Under the pieces are notes generated by a model. The model made no database searches, was not told the DNA's origin, and saw only the letters and a program-made list of their open reading frames with translations. A DNA stretch of 64,000 nucleotides from Spirogloea muscicola (Eukaryota), in the NCBI GenBank assembly GCA_009602725.1, contig WELB01000012.1, positions 804,619 through 868,618 on the forward strand, in the 5' to 3' direction. Shown one piece after another: positions 25,538 to 37,949 of this stretch. The translations under genes and the position numbers were made by a program. Each line of letters begins with the position of its first letter. The first letter of the stretch is position 1.

Positions 25538-27654
25538 TCAGTTGCTGTTAGCGGGCTCAAGCTTCACAACCAAGGGCCCGGGCCCCAAGGGGCTATCTCT
25601 GAGCAAGGACGTGAGGTCGCCATGTTCCCCACCATCATCCAATAAGAGATCGTCATCATCAAGCACCATATCTCCCTGACAGGATGCTCAAACAACAACA
25701 AACACAGAAGCCCTCCTCATCATCAATTCTGAAGGTAAAGGATGCCACATTATGCACTTTTCAAAGTACTACCAACATTCCAAAAGAAGGGCGCATTGCT
25801 TAAGCCCTGGAGCACTGTAGTCCACAAATACGTAGGGAGATGGTGGTGTTGTTGGTATGTTTGACTTATCGTATTATATGAAAAGTCCTAGAACATAGGC
25901 AATAATTAGACATTTGATGGTGATATGTACCTCGTCGTCATCCTGGGTATGGTCCCCAACTTCGTCATTACGTGCAAAGCGGCCCCGGACCCTGGGTCGG
26001 CTGTCCGCCAGTGTCTTGCGGCATGCGTACTTTGCAAGACAAGGAAAGAGACCAAGTTTGCCAAGTACATGAATGATGAGACATCGTCAGAAGCCCGGGG
26101 AAAAGGTAAGCACGAATGAGGTGAGGCACACTAAACTCTAAATCTGAGACAGCATGCAGCAGACAGCAGCCAGGGACTACGACTCAGCAAAGGCTAGTGG
26201 ACCACCCTCAGCAGTATAGCGAACCTACTTGTGGATGGTCCCACGACAGAATGGACAAGGAGGGGTTGAAGAGAAAACGAACGACAGATGGCGAGCGAGC
26301 AAGTTCCATTTTAGTCACAGTCACTTGATTAACACGCAATTCTGAGACTGTGGCATTGTGACCAGGCAGGCTGCAGTGGGGGCGCGAAGTCATTGCCAGC
26401 TTGGCCAGGGCATCATTCTGTCTGTTTGTTTGACTGACCTTGATTTTCTTGTTGAAGTTTCGCTCAGTACGCTTCTGCCGATAGCGGCTGATCCGCATTT
26501 TCCGCTCCTCCAGCGTGTACCGGCCAATCTTGAAAGAGCCCTCATCATAAGGACCGACTGGCATGCCATTCATGGCCATCTGCATCTGCATGCCCTGCAA
26601 CATGGCCAAAGCAGCAGACCCCACCGCACGGCCATATTAATCCAGTAGTGCTAAGAGTGCCGACGAGGTGCTGAAGAGGTGTTTGCTTCTGCCAGCAAGT
26701 TGAGAGGACTGTGCAGACAGGACAGAGCTCCAGGCATCACCCTTACCTGGATGTCCCCAGTGGAGTGGACGCGCCGCATGCCCCCAATGGGGGGCATGAT
26801 GGGTCTGACGTGCATGCCCTGGAGGTCCGACAGCGTGGGCTGCATCCGCACCGCCGGCACGGCCATGCGCCCCATGTGGTCCAGCGGAGCAACGCGGGCG
26901 AAGCCCGCCGGGCCGCCCGGCAGCATCGCGCCCTCGGCCATGGGCAGCGGCGGCGGCGGCGGCGGGGGCGCCGGGGCCAGCGTCCGGAGCTGCCCCAGCG
27001 CGTGGCTCGAGTAGCTCCGGTGCATCGCTATGCTGCGCGGCGGCGGCCGGACCATGGCCAGCAAGGGCCGCAGGCCGTCCCCGCCGGCGTCCACGTTGGG
27101 CATCGCACCGCCCTGGTCGCTTGCCGCTGCCAAAGCCCCCATGTGCATCATGCCTGGGGCCGGTGGGGCCATCAATAAGGGCTTCAGCTTCTCACCACCA
27201 CCACCAGTGCCACCACTGCTGCCGCCGCCAGTGGCGCCGCCGTTTGGCACCTCTGTCTTTATCACAGCATTGGTCGAGTCCATCTTATGCGGCTTGCCAG
27301 CAGGGCCCACACTGCCGCCGCCGCCGCCAGCGCCGCCACCGCCAGCGATGCCGCCGTAGCTGTGAGCGGAGGGGCCTGGGCTTGGGGCAATGGGCGTCAG
27401 CTGGCGGGGGCTGCCTCCAGCAGCGGCGTTGACCAGCGTGCCGTTCTTGTGATGCGACTTTGTCGCAGCGGCCTTCGGGGAGGCAGCGGCCGGCAGTGGC
27501 GCCCCATCATACACAGGAGCAAATGGTGGTGGCACCATGCCCATGCTGGGGCTGATGGACAGCTTCGTGAACCGCTCCGCCGCGCTGGTCCCCGGTGACA
27601 ACAGGTTCCGCGTCGCCGCCGTCGCCTGGCTGCTCGGCGACAATGGCGGCCGAT
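25538..27654 (-). CDS. CCT-motif family (CMF) protein; 5' exon(s) run into the N-gap
   Basis: The [12 protein letters not shown] motif typical of CMF proteins is followed by the CCT domain [53 protein letters not shown] and an acidic last exon ending ...EPANSN* (stop 25538-25540). Confidence 0.92.
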
Positions 27655-28834
27655 NNNNNNNNNNNNNNNNNNNNNNNNNNNNNNNNNNNNNNNNNNNNNN
27701 NNNNNNNNNNNNNNNNNNNNNNNNNNNNNNNNNNNNNNNNNNNNNNNNNNNNNNNNNNNNNNNNNNNNNNNNNNNNNNNNNNNNNNNNNNNNNNNNNNNN
27801 NNNNNNNNNNNNNNNNNNNNNNNNNNNNNNNNNNNNNNNNNNNNNNNNNNNNNNNNNNNNNNNNNNNNNNNNNNNNNNNNNNNNNNNNNNNNNNNNNNNN
27901 NNNNNNNNNNNNNNNNNNNNNNNNNNNNNNNNNNNNNNNNNNNNNNNNNNNNNNNNNNNNNNNNNNNNNNNNNNNNNNNNNNNNNNNNNNNNNNNNNNNN
28001 NNNNNNNNNNNNNNNNNNNNNNNNNNNNNNNNNNNNNNNNNNNNNNNNNNNNNNNNNNNNNNNNNNNNNNNNNNNNNNNNNNNNNNNNNNNNNNNNNNNN
28101 NNNNNNNNNNNNNNNNNNNNNNNNNNNNNNNNNNNNNNNNNNNNNNNNNNNNNNNNNNNNNNNNNNNNNNNNNNNNNNNNNNNNNNNNNNNNNNNNNNNN
28201 NNNNNNNNNNNNNNNNNNNNNNNNNNNNNNNNNNNNNNNNNNNNNNNNNNNNNNNNNNNNNNNNNNNNNNNNNNNNNNNNNNNNNNNNNNNNNNNNNNNN
28301 NNNNNNNNNNNNNNNNNNNNNNNNNNNNNNNNNNNNNNNNNNNNNNNNNNNNNNNNNNNNNNNNNNNNNNNNNNNNNNNNNNNNNNNNNNNNNNNNNNNN
28401 NNNNNNNNNNNNNNNNNNNNNNNNNNNNNNNNNNNNNNNNNNNNNNNNNNNNNNNNNNNNNNNNNNNNNNNNNNNNNNNGGCGGCGGCGCACGCGGCGGC
28501 GGCGCTGGCGGCGGCGGCGGCCAGGGCTGGCGCCGGGGGGAAGAAAGGAAGGCGGTGAGGAGGCGGCGGAAGGGGATGGAGCTGGCGTAAAACAATCAGC
28601 GCTGGCAGCAGATTGTATCGCGTCAGCAGATTCGTGCGCAAAAAGCGCCCGGGGGGACAGATCACATCGTACTTGCGTTCCGGGCTCCCCGCCCGCCCGA
28701 GGACCTGACGAGGACGGCGACTGAACGGCTCCCCGGCACCGTTCCGTTGGGGTCTTATCAATCTCCCGACCGTGGGTTTGACTCACCTCCCTTGCGCCTT
28801 CGACGAAAATGCTTGTCAACAGAAGAAGCAAGTC

Positions 28835-29700
28835 CAATGTACGGCGAAAGCCTAAAGCCCGAGTGAAATTCTTTCCCAAGAAGGCGGGGTCTGCGAAAGC
28901 CAGCCCACAATAATCTAACATGGTCCAAAGGGCCGAACGGCGCCAAGACCACACTGCTATGCAAGAGACGACAGCGATTTGGAGCTTAGTAACTCCGACT
29001 CAGCAGCCGCAAGTCGGACTTACTGGCAGCTGTAAATGGAAGTGCGCAGTAAGTCGCGCAGCTTCATTGACAAAGCGTCGATCACAGCTGACAGCCAAAG
29101 TGGACAACAGCAGAATGAGAAACCAAATATATACCTCTACAAAAGTACGTCGATGACTGTAAGCGGCCGGCCAATATGAACCGACAAGGTCCAAAAGGCC
29201 GGAAGTCGGCAAACATACGATTCTACTCTCCGTGACTAACTGCAAACACACGCTCAATGAGCCCTAGTCAACAATTGCAGATTGGAGAAAGTAGCAGGCG
29301 GATAAGCGTCACCCCGTTGAAACGGAAAGATTTCGTGTATTTGAAACAAACGAAGGCCAAATGGCCAAGTACAAAGGCAAGCACATATTAAGACCTACAT
29401 AACCTACAGTAGATTGACCCGCTCAGAAACCACGGGTCAAAGGAGAAACGGAGAGGCAGTCAGCTAAGGCGCGGGCTGCCCACAAGTGCATGACACAAGG
29501 AATGGCAAGATGCATTATGTTCAACCAAGCAAGCGAACAGATGGAGAACGATATAGGTGCGGATTCAAACGATGAAGCCTCTATACGTCTCTTTCAGTCA
29601 ATCAACTTGGGCTGATGTCCAGAAACAGCTAATTAATAGTGAGGCGATGGCTGTGAGCGGCCAGCCCAACAAGGAATTGACAAAGTTCGTAGACATTGCG
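28835..29700 (-). mobile_element. Short CRE-like 3'-end fragments, including subfamily F at about 29325-29440, upstream of the CCT gene
   Basis: GGGCTGGC...CAG hairpin copies at about 28885-28930 and 29645-29690. 29325-29440 on minus reads LTRGF* plus a 3' UTR shared with 33587-33676 and with 38440-38522 + 39259-39370. Confidence 0.7.
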
Positions 29701-30631
29701 TCCACCAATGAGAGGGCAGCTAAGTGCCCCGGGGCATAGCCTCACCCCCTCCTGCCGCCGTGTTCCTTCTCATATGTGTCCACCTGCACAAGGTTGCAAC
29801 TCTCGGCAGCGCTCGTTGGAAGAGTTCGGTCTTCAGTATTACGAACAAGGAAAGATGTCACTACTCGACAGCCAGGAATGTAATTATTGGACGACCGCCC
29901 GAGCCCAACACATGACTATTAGAGCAGCTTCTTTTAAGATGCACGTCTTTGTTTCGTTGGTTTGAGACCCAGCACAATATTCTACTTTTTGGTGCTGCCA
30001 CACTTTTAAGGAATTGTGGCAAGAAGTCAGTCTTGCCTGTGGCAGCTCAAGTATGTTGTTTCCAATTTTCAGATCGTGAAGGTTGCCAGTTCCACGGATG
30101 CCCGCCTCTGCTGTCTTGGTTGCTGGTTCTATCCTTCGAGGAGATGTTGCATCTTGAGCAGGTGGGACAAATCTTCCAGATTGAAATTTCTATACATGCT
30201 TCGCAAAGTTGACATTATGCCCTACTTTTCAATTGCGGGTACCTCAACTATGCAGAGAATTGTGCAAGAAAGGATGTTTCGGGATGCCTACTACTGCCTG
30301 CCCCATCAGGGCAGGCATGGTATGAAGTGCAACATGCTTCGGGAATGATTGAACATTCCACTTCTTCACTGATGTCTGATGGCCACGTCTACTGCACTTC
30401 ACTACTAACTGACACAATTTGTCCAGGATCAACAAGTTGGTATTTGGCAACTTGTCCGTTCAGCACAAGCCGGTGCAAGTAAGAATTGTAGATACGTTGT
30501 GGAGTACTATACAATTCTTAAGTCAGCACATGACTGGGAAATTTCCAGTAGTGATGTTAAGGTCTCTGAGCAAAAACTTGCATTTAGCTAAAGCATGTTA
30601 GAGGCTTGCCTTTGCAAAGCATCTCTACCAA

Positions 30632-32823
30632 CTACCGACTAAGATTGGAGCTCAGCGCCTGGTGGGGGTTTGATGGCAATTGCAGGTGGCTGTGACCAGC
30701 GCGGTGGCCTGTCTTCAAGTCAGACACGTGGGGTACTTGGCCGCCACATTGCTGTGCCAGAGCAAGCTTCAAGGCCTTCACCTCGCTGAGAGAGCGACTT
30801 AGTGCAGCCTGGTATAGGTCTGACGTCAGCTTGAGCATCGCCTTCTCCTTCTCCTGCTGCTGCACCTTCTGCACCAAATATTTGATGGCAAGCGCCTTGC
30901 TGTCCTCCTTTGATATCTCATTTTGCTGCTGCTGCTGCTGCCGCTGCTTCGAGTGTAGTTCTGGCTGTAGAGCTGGCTGCAGGGATGACTCCTGCTGCGA
31001 TACCTCTGGCACTTGCCCTGAAGGTTGTTGATGTGGCAGTTGCTGCAGTGGCTGCTGTGCTGGCTGCTCACTTGACGGTGGTGGCAGTGGCTGCTGTAGC
31101 TCCTCCTGCTCCTGAGGCTCTTGCTGCTGTGGCCCAGAGACGTCTGCCAAATTCGCGGCCACATCAGCAGTTTCCTCCTGCTCACCTGTGCAGAGGCCCT
31201 CCGGTTTGATGGGCACTGCATCAGCGGACAGCTCAGTTTCGGCTGCCGTATTACTATGATCTGCAGCTGCCTCCACAGGCTGTGCCACAACAGTGTCAGA
31301 ATTGCTCAAGACCTCTGCTTTCTGCTCGACTGAGGTAGATGGTGGCCCCTGGCTTTCCAGTGGTTGGCATTCCGCTAGCTGGTGGCTGCAGGCAGGTGGC
31401 TCTGTCGTCACGCCCATCCCAGTCTTGCTGGCCTCAGCCTCAGACATTGTGTTGCCGCCATTGAACACTCCACTTTCAGCACCCTCTGGTACTTCTGGTA
31501 CTTGAGGCTCGCAGGTTGTGTCTGGCTCTTGGTGTGACGGCTCTACTTCATGAGCAATGCTAGCATTGGAGGCATACTCCGTGACCAAGTCTTTGGCTGG
31601 TGAACTCGGCTCCAAGCCAGATGTCACCTCAACACTCGGCTCCGTTTCAGGGGTCTCGACAAATGCTGCCTGTGAGGAATTGCTGGAGACCGCCGCATCA
31701 ATGGCCTCCTGGAAAGCCACTGCAGCTTTCACCAACTCCCGGCGACGCTGCCTGACTGATGCATTGGTGGTCTGCAATTGCACACGACAAACATGCAGTA
31801 ATTTTTAGTCATGCTCCATTGGGCAAGGAATGCAAGATGCAGATACAGTCACAAACCAATGCTTTTCCAACTACAAAACACTGAAAATCAGACAAGTCGG
31901 GACATCAACTCTATTGGTCCATAACTATCACGTATCAGACAAGTCAGGACATCAACTCTATTGGTCCATATCTATCACGTATTCTGCTGCGTCAATCTCA
32001 GCAAGCATGCCTATTGAGGCCGTGTGTGGGTGCAGAAACAGTACAGCAAGCTAATCAAAAGCCTTAGCTGGATGCAGCTCAATACCTGGATGCTGTCAAG
32101 CTGGAGGAGGTGACTCATGACCAGCTCTGCCCATCGCCGGCCGACCTTGGCATCCGTCCGCAGCAACTGCTTGTCCTCCGTCTCCCAAGATGTCTGCAGG
32201 TCCTTCAAGGAGCCCGCCAAGCTCACGAGCTTGCGCAGCTGCTGCAAGGGCCGACTGGCGCGCACAGCACGCCCACGGAATGCCGCCTGGATCTTGGTTG
32301 CAGCAGCTGGCGGCTCCATACGCAGCCTGATGGAGACGCTGGGGCCGTCAGCGTCCCCCTTTCCCTCCTTCACCGGCACTGGCACGACTTGGGGCTTGCT
32401 TTCCTTCACCACCTCTGATACCTTATCCTTCACCACCTCTGATACCTTAGACTGTTCACTGCGCTGTGCGCTGCTGGTGCTTGCTTCTCCACTGAATTTG
32501 GATGACAGCCAATGCACTGGTACAACTACTGGCCTCCCAGTCTCCGCAGGGCGCCGCGCACCGAGACCGTGGGCAGCGATGTGCGGGCCGTCCCCATCGT
32601 GTGCAGCCACGCCCTTGTCCTTCTTGGTGGCGCGCGGCTGCACCCTGGCCAGCTTCCGCTCTCCGGCCAGCCTCTGCGGACGTGCTGCGGCGGGCTGCCG
32701 TCGGAGAAGGTCGACCGCGGCGGGCACGAAGGGGCTGCCGCGCGCGAGGCCGGCCTGCGGCGGGACTGGTGGCCAGGCGCTGGGCGCGGCGAAGAGGTCC
32801 TCGAAGAAGGCGCCGCCACCCAT
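30632..32823 (-). CDS. IQ-motif + BAG-domain co-chaperone (BAG5/BAG6-like) with an acidic, Q-rich tail; 2 exons (intron 31772-32085)
   Basis: AATKIQAAFRGRAVR (IQ motif) is followed by LRKL...LVMSHLLQLDSIQ|TTNASVRQRRRELVKAAVAFQEAID (BAG helices) and a C-terminal coiled coil. Confidence 0.85.
31887..31980. repeat. 47-bp tandem duplication in the BAG intron
   Basis: atcagacaagtc[g/a]ggacatcaactctattggtccata[a/t]ctatcacgt occurs twice (31887-31933, 31934-31980) with 2 mismatches. Confidence 0.9.
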
Positions 32824-33019
32824 AACTGGCAAAGGCGGTGTGGCGCAAAGGTGGCGGCGGAAGCTTGCGGCAGGCAGGGCCGGCGAGGAGGGCGGCGACG
32901 GCGGGCCCGGCCGCGGCGGCGGAGATGGCGGCGATGGAAGTGGCGATGGGAGGGGTTGGGAGGGGCTGTGGTGCCGAGGCTGGGAGGGCGGAGGGTGGAG
33001 GTGGAGCTGGAAGGCGACA

Positions 33020-36000
33020 GGGCCGCTTAGAAGTGCTCGCCCGTAGAGAAGAAAGAAAGTAGAAGAGAAACCGGCAAAGCCAGCCCTAAAAAGCATGGAG
33101 CGGACGTCGGAGGAGGGAGGGGGGAGGGAGGCCCGATGGCGCCCCGAGCGAGGGGGCCGGGAGAAGCTCGGGGGGGCCCGCGGGGAGGGAGGGCGGAGCT
33201 ACTAGAGGCTTCTGGGAACGGAGGAGGGAGGCGGGAGGTGCGGGGGCACTCCAGGCGGCTCCCGAATGTTCTTTTCACCGATGAGGCCCATCTGGGCGCG
33301 GCTGATCCAGCTGGGCGCGGACGGCCAGCCCCGTACACGACGCGCCGACCTGGTCGCCATCCCGCCCGGCGGCGGTCCCCGCATCATCGCTGATGTGGTG
33401 ACAACTGACTGCATCGACCCCGCCAATTCCCACCAGATCGGCGTCGTTTGCAGGGCACGCGGTCGGCCAGGGCGACCCGGGGCAAGGAGCGAAAATATGC
33501 TGATCACCCGGTTGGGGATGAATTCGCGGCCCTGGCGATGGATGTACACGGGGCTTTCGGCAGCCGCTGGCTGGATCTCCTTCAGCTTTCTACTGTAGGT
33601 TATGTAGGGCTTAAGATGTGCTTGCTTTTGTACTTGGCCATTTGGCCTTCGTTTGCTTCAAATACACGAAATTCTTCTTCAGCGGCTTGCCCGCCAGGCC
33701 ATTGCCCGGCAGCCGGGTCTGCCAGGGGCGATGCCCGGCTTCAACGCCGCCGGTTCGCTCTCACAAGTCATCCGCATGCGCCTGGCCGTATCGCCTCAAC
33801 GCTCCCTTGCCCACGTCGTCCACACGCGAGCAGGCCGTGCTATGGCCGCCGCCTCTGGGTCTCGGCGGAGTGCCTCTTTCACTGCAGCGAGCTACTCAGG
33901 GAAAGGGCTCGCCCATTGACGATAGGGGCTGGAAAAAGCCAGCCCAGAAAAGAATGAACTAAGGACGAGAAGGGGCCAGGGGAAGTACGAAGAACAACAA
34001 GCACTAAAAAGAAACGAAGCAGCTACGAAGCACTCAGTAACCCCTGCTAAGCAGCCTCAGGTCAGAGAGACTGGGTTCCAGGAATCGGGTCCCCTGGCCA
34101 GAGCCAGAGGCAGCAGCGAGACTCAGACCTGATGTTGCTCACTCGTGGGTACTGAGCTTCCCTCTGCATCGTCTTTGTGTTCTGCAGTGTTTTGAGTGTA
34201 GTCCTTTTTCCGGCTCGTCTTTCTTTGGCTTTTGGACATTGTCCATTACTTTTTGGGCTGGCTTTGCCAGCCCCTCTTATCTATGGGCGCGCACTTCTCT
34301 CCTGGATGCCCGGCCTCAACGCCGCCAGTTCGCTCGCCCAAGTCTTCCGCATGAACCTGGCGGTATCGCTTCAACGCTCCCTTGCCCACGCCGTCCACAC
34401 GCGAGCAGGCCGTGCTATGGCCGCCGCCTCTGGGTCTCGGCGGAGTGCTTCTTTTCTTGCAGCGAGCTACTCAGACTTGATGTTGCTCACTGGTGGGTAC
34501 TGAGCTTCCCTCTGCATCGTCTATGTGTTTTGCAGTGTTTTGTAATGTAGTCCTTTTCCCGGCTCCTCTTTCTTTGGCTTTGGACACCGTCCATTCTTTT
34601 TTGAAACAAAGTACGAGAAGGGGGCCAGGGGAAGCGCTAAGAAAAACAAGCACAACAAGAGACAAAGCAGCTACGTATTACTCAGTAACCCCTGCTAAGC
34701 AGCCTCAGGTTAGAGAAGCTAGGCTCCTGGAAGTGGGTCCCCTGGCAAAAAAGAAAGTGCTCACCTGTAAAGAAGAAGGGCTCGCAAAGCCAGCCCAAAA
34801 TAGAATGGACAAAGCCAAAGAAAGAGCAGCCGGAAAAAGGACCACTACGAAACACTGCAAAACACATAGACGATGCAGAGGGAAGCTCAGTACCCACGAG
34901 TGAGCAACATCAGGTCTGAGTAGCTCGCTGCAGGGAAAGAGGCACTCCGCTGAGACCCAGAGGCGGCGGCCATTGCACGGCCTGCTCGCGTGGCCAGAGC
35001 CAGAGGCAGCAGCGAGGGCTCTGCCGGCACGCAGGCGCAGGGCGCTGGCCATAGACCTTTGCAGCGAGACGGCCAAGCGCATCCGGTACACCTGCGCTAG
35101 CGACCCGGCTGCAGGAAAGTCCACTGGCTCCCCATGGAAGCGGCGGATATTAGACTGGCCAAATTTGTCTAAGGGCTTCAATATCTGGTGCAACAAAGCT
35201 CGCGCCTATGCTGTGGCTCGCCAACGCCGGCCTCCTGGCCGAGCGATGCTAGGCGCGGCCGGAACAATAGCGACGCCTGGACGTCGAACGGTCATCGTAT
35301 TATGTCTTAGTCCTTCGCACTCCGGTTCCTTCAGACCTTGTCCATTCCAATTGGGCTGGCTTCTCCCAGCCACCAGTCAATCTGGCCGCGCTTGCTTTGT
35401 TTTCCCCACCTCTTGAGCGGTCAATGACTCTCCAGGAAAGACAAAACTACACACCAAGACACGAAATGATGCAGATGGATGCTCAGTAAGCACGAGTGAG
35501 CAACAGCAAATCAGAATAACTCGAAGCAGGAAAAGCGGCACTCTGCCGAGACCCTGAGGCAGCAGCCATAGCGCGGCCAGCGCGCGTGCGAGCCCTCCCA
35601 CAGGAGTGTGTCGGGAGCTTTTGAGCCGACCGCAATCTTGCAGCTTCAACAGCAGCTTTTCACTGGGACAATGCATGAAAGCCCTCGGCCCTTGAATTGT
35701 TTTCAGTCTTTGTTCTTGGGATGAGCTTACGTTCTCACTGCCTTGGCTTTTTGGACCGTTTCGGACATTGTCAGCCTACCTCGTGACAGCCGGCGCGAGG
35801 ACCCGTGGCGTCGCGCACTCAAGGCATCCTCATCTCATTCGATGTAGCCCTATCGGGCGGCGTCATGGAGGAAAACAAACTGCAGCCACATGGCCTTCCC
35901 TGCTGACTAGAATTTATTGAGCAGCCACTCCTCAGTGGCTTCTTGCTTCAAGAATTAGCGCTTTCCAACTGCTTCAACATTGCTCATCGTTTTGTGGGCA

Positions 36001-36190
36001 TCTTCAGGCACCTTCGTAGCTGCTTTGCGCTTTTCAGGCCCCTTCATCATTTGGCCCCGTCGAACCTTTGTCAATTCTTTCTCGGGCTGGCTTTTCACAG
36101 CCCTTGCCCCCATTAGGAGTGCCGTTTCTTCTTTGTGGGCTGGCTTTCCTTTCACAGCCCTCGCCACCTTGAGAAGAGCTGCTTCCTCCA
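33020..36190. mobile_element. Cluster of nested and tandem CRE-like non-LTR retroelement 3' fragments, including the longest copy with a restriction-like endonuclease (RLE) remnant
   Basis: 33270-33586 encodes RRADLVAIPPGGGPRIIADVVTTD...KERKYADHPVGDEFAALAMDVHGAFG (PD-(D/E)xK RLE pattern R-x-D...D...K-x-x-KY). It continues RMRLAVSPQRSLAHVVH...LLTRGY*. Further copies occur on both strands. Confidence 0.85.
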
Positions 36191-37949
36191 TTGCGGCTGC
36201 TGCTGTCCTGGCCCACGACTGACTGCTGCCCTGGGGCAGCGCCTGGGTGCCTGACAGCGGCTGTCTTCGCCTCTCAATGCGCCACGTCTGCTGCGAGCAC
36301 CCCACAATAGCGCGCTTGAGAACAATTTGCCAGCAGTGGCATCGGCCCTCCAGCACACTCATGCACGTCAGGGAGCTTGTTCAGGAGGGCAAAGTGGTAG
36401 ACACCTGGATGCTGCTCCAGGTCTGTCAGCACAGTGCTCAGGACAACGTGCCCAACAGCACTTGCTGGGCGCTGCTTACAAGCCAGCTGCTCAAACTCAA
36501 CACTAACAAGGGAGTGCGCCCCACGTCGTCATCAAAAGTATTGCGTGTCATAGCATAGTCGGGCACTTTGGCAGCAGGATCTGGAGCAGGTCTAAAGGCA
36601 TATGGAGTATCAACAGCACAATGCAGGGCCCCGTGGCTATATTAAGGCTTATCTGAAGTGGTTTTAACTGAACTACGTTATCATTAGGAGGCATTCTGTA
36701 TTCCGTCTTGGGCGTCACCCTTGAATTGGACCCAGATCGAGCACAAGTATTGTGCTTAAAGTAGAGTATGTCAAGTGATTGTCAAGGGGTTGTATGCGGC
36801 CTGACCTTTTCTCCTGCCATGATGTCGCCACGGTTATGGCTACCAAGCGAGCTGCTCTGGAGGGCAGGGCTTCTGATCACGATCGTACAGTCGCCCTCAG
36901 GAATGCAGAAGCTTGACCCGCTCATTGGTCTCTTCTTTGTGCTTTCTGGCTTTCCTTGACAGCTGGGTTTAGGGTTGCCACCTCTGCATAGACAACTTAT
37001 CCTGCATTGGCTCCGCCCAGAAAGCAGGTGGTGGCTGGTTTGGAGATGCAGCCACTGATTTCAGGTAGGCGGCCCTGCGCAGTACCCAAGTGTACCTGCT
37101 GCAAGCTTACGCGGCTATGGAAGGTGTGATCTCGACTGCTGACCAATCGCGGTGTGCCTTTTGTAGCCACAGTATTGGTGCAAGCTCAATGTGACCTTCG
37201 CAGCAACACGGACGACTCTAGATATGATAGGTGCACTCGAGCAGTAGCAGCGTCTGATTCCTGCAGGGACGCCTCCTTTCTCTTCTCCCAGTGTGCACGA
37301 CTAGCCAGCTAATGCTGACGATGATTTTGATACCAAAATCTTCTTGAACGTCAACTGCTGGCTTTTCTTCATCTATCTGGCTGCATCCTTCAGTCAGTGC
37401 GTCTGGGAGCCCTTTCCGGTATTTGTTTTCTTCTGCTTTTGTTTCCCTCTCTCCCCTTGTTCTTGCAGGTCAGCCCTCGATGTCGATGAAGCTCATTGCT
37501 TTGCGCAACGCGCAGCTTCCAGAAGGTCCTCTGCTTATGTCAAGTTACTATCTTAACTCAAATTAAATCTGACGTCTGTGCATTTCTATCCATAGGCATT
37601 TACTAGCTTGCCATATGAAGTCGTCGCCCAGCTAGCGGCATTGGCTCCACTGTTACTCAAGGCTCGTAGAAATAACGTCCTGGTTTGTAAGCCTGAGTAT
37701 AAACAGTCCAGTGCCTTCAGTATATCCACTTTTCACACATGCAAGGATCATACAACTTGGGACTACTGTATGCAAGTATTGCTGATGTGTTGCACCCCCA
37801 CAAAGATAACAAATGAGAGCAATCTCACTCGGAAGGACGGAAGCCACCATGTCAGCAACAGGAAATACAATGCAACAAGAAGAACGCCATGCTGTGAGAG
37901 GCAAGTGCTCTCCCAAAGAAAAATGGAGAATGTACAAAGAGATGGAGGG

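Noticed and set aside
36240..36370. Possible MYND-finger relic on minus (ANCSQARYCG)
   Set aside because: Only half the motif, with a stop and a frameshift nearby; insufficient without a profile search.
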